32,000 nt of DNA. Origin: Acidothermus cellulolyticus 11B. Lineage in GTDB: Bacteria; Actinomycetota; Actinomycetes; Acidothermales; Acidothermaceae. The stretch spans positions 1,260,001 through 1,292,000 of the forward strand of contig NC_008578.1 in NCBI RefSeq assembly GCF_000015025.1, written 5' to 3'. Positions within the stretch are counted from its first letter, which is position 1. Every line of letters begins with the position of its first letter. Positions 26,647 through 32,000 of the stretch are shown here, piece by piece. The notes beneath the pieces are model-generated. The model was not told the origin of the DNA. It ran no database searches and worked only from the letters and a program-made list of their open reading frames with translations. The position numbers and the translations under genes are program-made.

Positions 26647-26693
26647 TGCAGCGTCCGCACAGGCTCGATCCCGCCCCCGCCAGGCCCGGACCC

Positions 26694-27539
26694 GTGGTGC
26701 GGCATCATGCGGGCGTGGCAGAGGTCGTCCCGATCTACGATCCCCAGGATCCGCGGCTCGCCGATTACCGGGCGCTGACCGACGTCGAGCTGCGCAAACG
26801 GGTTGAACCAGCGCACGGAATCTTCATCGCCGAGAGTGCTCTGGTCATCCAGCGGGCGCTGGCCGCCGGGTATCGGATGATCTCCGCGTTCGTCTCCGAC
26901 CGCTGGCTGGATGAGCTTGCCGACCAGTTGTCCAGCGTCGAGGCGCCGGTGTACGTCGGCGCTCCAGAGGTGCTGCAATCGGTGACCGGCTTTCACGTCC
27001 ACCGAGGAGCCCTTGCCGCATTCGCTCGGCGTCCGCTTTCGTCGGTCGAGGAGATCCTGCGCACGTCGCGGCGGATCGTCGTCCTTGAAGACGTCAACAA
27101 CCACACGAACCTCGGCGCCGTCTTCCGGTGCGCGGCTGCGCTCGGCATGGACGGCGTGCTGCTGAGCCCCCGATGCGCGGATCCGTTGTATCGGCGCAGT
27201 GTCCGGGTGTCGATGGGCGCGGTCTTCGCGATCCCGTACGCGCGCTTCGACACTTGGCCTGATGAGCTGACCGGCGTCTCCGCTGCTCAGTTCCGTCTGC
27301 TTGCCCTGACCCCTGATCCGGCCGCAACCGACATCCGGACCCTTCGGGTTGCGGCCGGTGAGCGGATCGCCCTAATGCTCGGTGCTGAAGGCCCGGGGCT
27401 GTCGAAACAGGCACTCGACCGGGCGGAGCTGCGGGTCCGCATTCCCATGCACGCCGGGGTGGACTCGCTCAACGTTGCGGCAGCCGCGGCGATCGCGTGT
27501 TTTGTGGTCGGCGAGCCGGCGCCGCCACGGCTCGACTAA
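26694..27539 (+). CDS. SpoU/TrmH family RNA 2'-O-methyltransferase
   Basis: DPRLADYRALTD, then the SPOUT motifs NHTNLGAVFRCAAALG, LMLGAEGPGLS and IPMHAGVDSLNVAAAAAIA. The start is uncertain: in-frame GTG 26694/26697/26715 are preferred over ATG 26625, which lies in a spacer repeat. Confidence 0.88.
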   Translation: MVRHHAGVAEVVPIYDPQDPRLADYRALTDVELRKRVEPAHGIFIAESALVIQRALAAGYRMISAFVSDRWLDELADQLSSVEAPVYVGAPEVLQSVTGFHVHRGALAAFARRPLSSVEEILRTSRRIVVLEDVNNHTNLGAVFRCAAALGMDGVLLSPRCADPLYRRSVRVSMGAVFAIPYARFDTWPDELTGVSAAQFRLLALTPDPAATDIRTLRVAAGERIALMLGAEGPGLSKQALDRAELRVRIPMHAGVDSLNVAAAAAIACFVVGEPAPPRLD

Positions 27540-27546
27540 ACGGAAG

Positions 27547-27584
27547 GGGCCGCCGAATCGGTGGGGGGGACGATCCGGCGGCCC
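27547..27584 (+). terminator. Hairpin 8 nt after the trmH-like stop
   Basis: gggccgccg-a-atcg [gtggggggga] cgat-c-cggcggccc, giving 13 paired positions. Confidence 0.5.
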
Positions 27585-27975
27585 GGTCTAGTGAGGCTCC
27601 GCCATCAGCCGGAGCGACGTTCTCTTCAAATCCACGTCGTGTCGCGCATGGCCGCCTCCCTTCGCGCACTCCGGGCTCCCGGGTGCCTGCGAAGGCGAGT
27701 CGGCTCGCCATCACCTATCTCGGCACCGCGTGAGCCGAACTAAAAACCGATCAAAGCACCAAAAACCGACAAGTGTGCGAGATACGCCACATCTAGTAAC
27801 GACAGCTAGATTCGCGGCGAATAGAACATGCGACACGAGACGACATCAGATCGACTCAGCAGACAACGGAGGGTGCGAAGGGGTAGGCTCGGCTCACCAA
27901 CCAACCGCCGGCCAACCTGCGACCGGCTGCGGTTGGACGTTCGGCGGGGGATGGGCGTTCACTAGGGGTGGTGCG

Positions 27976-29328
27976 GTGGCTCGAGCCCTTGGGAGTCGTC
28001 GCCGGGTGACCGTGCTCCCTCGCGCATGGGCACTCGCGACCATGCCCCGGCCGGCTCGGCATTTCGTGCTGGCCGTGGACGCGCTCTACCTCATGGCGCT
28101 GATCGCCGGCGGCATGCGCACCAGTTTTCGGACAACAGATCTGGTCACGGCCGGCGTCCTGACCGGTTTGGCGATTGTCAGTATCGAGACGTCGCTGCGA
28201 TTCGTGTGGCATCGGCCGCATGGCGGCGGAAGCACCAACGATTTGCTCGCGGTCTGGACGCTCCCGGTCGCTCTTCTGCTCCCGCCGCTGTACAGCGCTC
28301 TCGTCGTCGTACCGGTGCTGTTGTTCACGCAGGTGCGTGTCGTGCGCCGCGCTCCGGTGAAACTGATTTTCAGCATCGCGTCCACCGGGATTGCCGGCTT
28401 CGTCGCGGCAAGCGTGCACGAGGCATATTTCGGGTCGGGCACTGTCTGGACGCCGGAGACGTTGGTCGGTTCACCCCGTGCGCTCGCCGCCACCGCGAGT
28501 TGCGTGCTCGTCCGGTACGTCGTGAATCTGCTGTTGGTTGGCCAGGTGGTCGCTCTGACGAAACCGAAAACCTCGCCGTTCGCCCTGCTGAAAAACCGGG
28601 AGAATTTGGGTATTTCCGCAGCCGAGGCGTGCACCGGCGTGCTGGTCGCGTTGGCATGCGCGACCGCACTGTACGCCGTTCCACTCGCGATTCCACCGGT
28701 ACTTGTTTTTCAACGTACCTTGCTCATCGCGGAACTCCGGCACGCCGCCCGAACGGATCCGAAAACCGGTTTGGCAAACGCCGCGTACTGGCGTGAAGTC
28801 GCGGAACGTGAGATCGCGCGGGCGCGCAGCGGCGGCGAGTCCGTGGCGATTCTTCTGGTGGATGTGGACCACTTCAAGGCGGTCAATGACCGTTTCGGCC
28901 ACCTCATCGGTGACGACGTGCTCCGCGCGGTCGCCGGCGGCCTGACCCACGGCTTGCGGCCGCGGGATTTCGTCGGACGGTTCGGCGGTGAGGAATTCGT
29001 TATCCTGCTGGCCGGTTCGGATCTCGAACAGGCGGCTGTGGCGGCGGAACGTGTCCGGCAACATATCGCGCATTTGACCGTGGACACGCCGCTGCACGGC
29101 GATCCCGTCAGCGTAACGGTCTCCGTCGGGGTCGCTGCGTTCCGGGAGAACGGCCACTCGGTCCTCGAGCTGCTGGACGCGGCTGATGCCGCCCTGTATG
29201 AGGCCAAGCGGGCCGGTCGTAATTGTGTGCGGGTCGCGACCGGTGTCCGTCAGCAGGTGCTCGATTTGACCGGCGACACCCCACGGCTCATTGATCTGCG
29301 GACCGAGCGGCAGCCGATCGTCGATTGA
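27976..29328 (+). CDS. Membrane-anchored diguanylate cyclase (multi-helix N-terminal domain + GGDEF domain with I-site)
   Basis: DPKTGLANAAYW...VDVDHFKAVNDRFGHLIGDDVL...RPRDFVGRFGGEEFVILL. The active-site motif is GGEEF, with the RxxD I-site (RPRD) 5 residues upstream. About 6 hydrophobic helices precede it. Start is GTG 27976 (AGGGGTGG upstream) or ATG 28042. Track start 27730 lies in an AT-rich non-coding island. Confidence 0.9.
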   Translation: MARALGSRRRVTVLPRAWALATMPRPARHFVLAVDALYLMALIAGGMRTSFRTTDLVTAGVLTGLAIVSIETSLRFVWHRPHGGGSTNDLLAVWTLPVALLLPPLYSALVVVPVLLFTQVRVVRRAPVKLIFSIASTGIAGFVAASVHEAYFGSGTVWTPETLVGSPRALAATASCVLVRYVVNLLLVGQVVALTKPKTSPFALLKNRENLGISAAEACTGVLVALACATALYAVPLAIPPVLVFQRTLLIAELRHAARTDPKTGLANAAYWREVAEREIARARSGGESVAILLVDVDHFKAVNDRFGHLIGDDVLRAVAGGLTHGLRPRDFVGRFGGEEFVILLAGSDLEQAAVAAERVRQHIAHLTVDTPLHGDPVSVTVSVGVAAFRENGHSVLELLDAADAALYEAKRAGRNCVRVATGVRQQVLDLTGDTPRLIDLRTERQPIVD

Positions 29329-29362
29329 ATCAGCGGCGCGCAACGGATGCTAACGCTCTCAG

Positions 29363-29381
29363 CCGGCTGCTTCGCAGCCGG
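29363..29381 (+). terminator. Short GC hairpin followed by a T-rich stretch, 35 nt after the GGDEF gene stop
   Basis: ccggctgc-ttc-gcagccgg followed by tcgtttc. Confidence 0.45.
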
Positions 29382-29391
29382 TCGTTTCAGT

Positions 29392-29450
29392 GCAGACAGC
29401 GGTCAGAGCCGGGCGTTTCCGCGCAGGTAGCGGTCAGAGCCGGCGGCTTC
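29392..29450. repeat. 28-nt imperfect tandem repeat with perfect 15-nt core agcggtcagagccgg, two copies, period 31
   Basis: Copies at 29392-29419 and 29423-29450, 23/28 identical. The flanking ttcagtgc(a/g)ga motif is also duplicated. Confidence 0.85.
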
Positions 29451-29478
29451 AGTGCGGAAAGCGAAAGTCGATGTGGTG

Positions 29479-30633
29479 TCAGCGCAGGTAACGGGCGCCG
29501 ACGGCAATGAATGCAATGACGGCGGCAACCACACCGAAAGAGACCTGCAGTGACGTCGCATCGGCAATACCGCCGATGATGCCCGGCGCAGCGATGCCGG
29601 CGCCGTACGAAATTGTCGCCACCCCGGAAATTCCGCGCGCGGGGATGGGGTCGGCGTGTCCGGCGGCAGCGACGGCAAGCGGAAATGTCACCGCAATTCC
29701 CAGGCCGATCAACGCAAAGCCGACGATGGTGGGCGCAATAGCAAATGCCGCGACAACCAGCAAGGCCCCGAGTGTTCCCACCACGCCGCCGATCCGCACC
29801 GTGGACCGCAGACCGAGCCGACGGACGGCGAAATCGCCCCCGAACCGCGCCGCCGCCATGGTGCACGCAAACGCCGTGTACGAAGCGGCCGCGATGCCGG
29901 GATCGGCACCGGTGATCCGGGTGAGGTAGACCGCGCACCAGTCCGAGGAGGCCGCTTCCGCGAAAATCGCGCAGAACGCGACCAGGCCGATGAGCAAGAC
30001 GCCGCGGGAGGGTACGACAAACGGTTTCGGCGGCGGCTCGGCGGCGTCCGGCAGGTTCACCGGCAATTTCGACGTTGCCCCCAGCGCGACGACAAGCAAT
30101 GCGGCGTCGACGATGGCGAGATGAATCCGGGCGTCGAGCCCGGCGTGAGCGGCGGCGACTCCTACCGCCGAGCCGACGATGCCGCCGACGCTCCACATGC
30201 CGTGCAGACCGGACATGATCGATTTGCCAAGGTCCCGCTCGACCGGAATTGCCTGGGCATTCATGGCCACATCGGCCATCCCGGAGGTCATGCCGTATAG
30301 CAGGAGCAAGGGGATGAGTGCCGCGAGGTTCGGCGCGAGTACCGGGAGGGCACCGGCTATGCACCAGGCGGCCATGAGCACGCGGGTGGTACGGCGGCCG
30401 CCGAAGCGGTGAAGCAGTCGGCTGGCGAACGGCATGCCGAGGAGCCCGCCGATCGCGCCGAAGAGCAGGGCGGCGCCGAGTGAGCCGGCGGAGAGGCCGA
30501 GCCGGTCTTGCAGCCACGGAATGCGGGTTGCAAAGGTCGCGAACACCACGCCGTGAACCGCGAAGATGGTCGCGATGACGATCCGGGCGCGCTGAGCCGA
30601 GAGGCGAGGTGGGGCTAGGAGTACCGGATCCAT
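29479..30633 (-). CDS. MFS transporter (12-helix type)
   Basis: 384 aa, hydrophobic throughout. An MFS-like loop motif after TM2 (GMPFASRLLHRFGGRRT). The competing track ORF 29387..30517 in another frame is Arg-rich nonsense. Confidence 0.88.
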   Translation of the reverse strand: MDPVLLAPPRLSAQRARIVIATIFAVHGVVFATFATRIPWLQDRLGLSAGSLGAALLFGAIGGLLGMPFASRLLHRFGGRRTTRVLMAAWCIAGALPVLAPNLAALIPLLLLYGMTSGMADVAMNAQAIPVERDLGKSIMSGLHGMWSVGGIVGSAVGVAAAHAGLDARIHLAIVDAALLVVALGATSKLPVNLPDAAEPPPKPFVVPSRGVLLIGLVAFCAIFAEAASSDWCAVYLTRITGADPGIAAASYTAFACTMAAARFGGDFAVRRLGLRSTVRIGGVVGTLGALLVVAAFAIAPTIVGFALIGLGIAVTFPLAVAAAGHADPIPARGISGVATISYGAGIAAPGIIGGIADATSLQVSFGVVAAVIAFIAVGARYLR

Positions 30634-30684
30634 AGGGTCACCAGTCTGCCCGGTGCATGCGTCGCTTCCGCGTGGGGTCGGCGA

Positions 30685-30813
30685 GGCTGCGGCGGGAAGA
30701 ACATGGCGGCACCCGCCCGGCCGCGGAAGCTAGGCGCCACCGGCGGCGGAGGCTGGCAAGGCAAACTCGGCGGGGCTGCGGCGGGAAGAACATGGCGGCA
30801 CCCGCCCGGCCGC
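30685..30813. repeat. Perfect 40-nt direct repeat ggctgcggcgggaagaacatggcggcacccgcccggccgc (30685-30724 and 30774-30813), period 89
   Basis: Both copies read base by base and are identical. Homology extends 7 nt leftwards with one mismatch, giving 47 nt total (30678 and 30767). Confidence 0.95.
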
Positions 30814-30942
30814 AGATCGGATTGCGAGCATGGCTGACCGGGCGAAGTCGGTTGTAACGCCACGGGGAGTGCGGACGGTTTCACCGGCGAAGCCTGCCCG
30901 ACAGCCGCCCCACCGGCGGTGCAGCTCCGAAGGAGGACCAGC

Positions 30943-31596
30943 GTGTTCAAGCTCTCCATCCTGGCCGGCAATGTGAAAGTTGCGGCGATTGCAGCCGCCG
31001 TCGTTGCCGTAGGGGGTGGCGGTACGGCGGTCACGTTGTACACCGCATCATCGAACTCGTCCGGTGTCGTGGCCGCCCAGGCGAGCGACTCAGGGTCGGC
31101 ATCGGCCTCCGTGTCGCCGTCCGCGACAGCAACGCCGTCGACGTCGGCTTCAGAAACACCGACGTCATCGCCCTCGACCACGCCGAGCGGGTCAGCGAGC
31201 CCGACCAGTTCACCGTCGCCGTCCGCGAGTGGGTTTGTGCTGCCAAGTTGTAGTCCCGGTGAGAACCACGGCTCGTACGTCTCCGACGTCGCTCACAGCG
31301 CGCCGCGCGGCGAACAGGCGCACGAGAGTGGTGAGCCGAACCATGGTTCGTGGGTGTCGCAAGCCGCTCATTCCGAGTGCGGCTTCGCTGAGGCATCGGA
31401 GCATGCGTCGGAGAGCGCCGAACCCAGCGAATCAGAGAGCCCCGAGCCGAGTGAGTCCGCAGAGGAAACCGAATCAGCCGAGCCCGAAGCATCGGCCGGA
31501 GCCGAGATTGGCGTCTGTGCATCACTGGGCGTCGGGTCTGATCACGGATCGCACCACGGTCATGGCGACGAGCAAGCCTGTGGCGGAGGCGACTGA
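30943..31596 (+). CDS. Secreted/membrane-anchored low-complexity protein with duplicated NHGS[YW]VSxxAHS motif and His-rich C-terminus (unknown function)
   Basis: In-frame GTG 30943 with AGGAGG 6 nt upstream. Hydrophobic N-terminus VFKLSILAGNVKVAAIAAAVVAV. Ser/Thr/Pro linker. Motifs at 31261-31299 and 31336-31374. Acidic SE/PE-rich stretch. C-terminal GSDHGSHHGHGDEQACGGGD. Confidence 0.7.
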   Translation: MFKLSILAGNVKVAAIAAAVVAVGGGGTAVTLYTASSNSSGVVAAQASDSGSASASVSPSATATPSTSASETPTSSPSTTPSGSASPTSSPSPSASGFVLPSCSPGENHGSYVSDVAHSAPRGEQAHESGEPNHGSWVSQAAHSECGFAEASEHASESAEPSESESPEPSESAEETESAEPEASAGAEIGVCASLGVGSDHGSHHGHGDEQACGGGD

Positions 31597-31761
31597 GGTC
31601 GTCCGGCGCGGGCTGGGTGCGGCGCGTGGCTCGGGCGCCGCGTATCTCGGTTACGCCGTCCGTGACCACGTAGTTCACGCGACGTAGCCGACCGCGTCGC
31701 GGGGAGCCGGCGGGGCACGAGGATTCGTGCACGCCGCGGAGTCGTACCAACCGCCCTCCCT

Positions 31762-31842
31762 TTCCCGAGCCCGCGCCTTCCGAGCTCCCGCTCTTCCCAA
31801 GCCCGCTTTCTTCCGAGTCGCCGTTCTTCTCGATCTCCCGTC
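31762..31842. repeat. Five tandem degenerate 16-17-nt units (consensus TTCC(C)GAGCYCGCKYC), pyrimidine-rich on the + strand
   Basis: Units at 31762-31777, 31778-31793, 31794-31810, 31811-31826 and 31827-31842, read directly. Confidence 0.8.
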
Positions 31843-31858
31843 CGCAAACACCCCTCCG

Positions 31859-31896
31859 CCTGCGGGGGCCGGTTCACCCGAACCGGCCCCCGCAGG
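31859..31896. terminator. Perfect 17-bp-stem, 4-nt-loop hairpin (cctgcgggggccggttc accc gaaccggcccccgcagg); bidirectional terminator candidate
   Basis: Exact inverted repeat read directly. It lies 263 nt downstream of the secreted-protein stop and near the window end, so it could equally terminate an unseen minus-strand gene to the right. Confidence 0.6.
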
Positions 31897-32000
31897 CATG
31901 TCAGGAACTCCTATGACAGGCCGGCACGGATGACGTGGGGGAGTCGAGGCACCTTGAGCTGTGAGTGAAAGCTGTGTCCTTGCACCGGCGTCACCGAATG

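Noticed and set aside
29387-30517. 376-aa minus-strand ORF competing with the MFS frame
   Set aside because: It is on the same strand but off-frame, and extremely Arg-rich (RRRR runs). The 29479..30633 frame gives twelve clean hydrophobic helices.
25987-30813. CRISPR array interpretation of the direct repeats
   Set aside because: Each locus has only two copies. The spacers are shorter than or similar to the repeats, the repeats differ between loci, and no cas genes are present.

Overview
High-GC (by eye about 70%) actinobacterial chromosomal segment, densely packed with conserved housekeeping genes. In order:
- 5' part of a sugar-binding lipoprotein of an ABC importer (-)
- heme A synthase ctaA (-)
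- the complete actinobacterial SUF Fe-S operon sufR-sufB-sufD-sufC-sufS-sufU-sufT (+)
- a 72-aa HTH protein
- a fused TMD-NBD ABC exporter
- a GH15 hydrolase (-)
- a small lipoprotein
- quinolinate synthase nadA (-), overlapping the stop of a DUF3099-type membrane protein (-)
- dodecin (+)
- a translationally coupled tldD-pmbA pair (-)
- an orphan STAS protein (-)
- fabG1(mabA)-inhA (+)
- an Rpf-type transglycosylase with a C-terminal peptidoglycan-binding domain
- an orphan ABC ATPase
- an nfeD-SPFH/stomatin operon
- a helical-region + SLT lytic transglycosylase (-)
- a TauE/SafE permease
- a 70-aa two-helix membrane protein (-)
- a SpoU/TrmH methyltransferase
- a membrane-anchored GGDEF cyclase
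- an MFS transporter (-)
- a secreted Ser/Pro/Glu-rich low-complexity protein

The backbone order recalls the M. tuberculosis Rv1456c-Rv1488 region; this is from memory and was not searched. I saw no rRNA, tRNA, transposase, integrase, CRISPR-cas or recognisable defence or toxin genes. I do not find convincing evidence for a new multi-gene system.

The unusual signals are mostly non-coding:
- Almost every long intergenic spacer carries its own private pair or short array of direct repeats (11-40 nt, period 17-89 bp).
- One of these is a perfect 40-nt duplicate in the MFS/secreted-protein divergent promoter.
- Another is a 5-unit 16-17-nt array followed by a 17-bp-stem hairpin.
- A roughly 50% GC island precedes the GGDEF gene.

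The most unusual protein is the secreted one, which has a duplicated NHGS[YW]VSxxAHS motif and a His-rich tail. Many long ORFs in the supplied track are antisense or off-frame shadows typical of high-GC DNA. Several track ORFs have over-extended N-termini, which I trimmed using SD motifs and domain boundaries.
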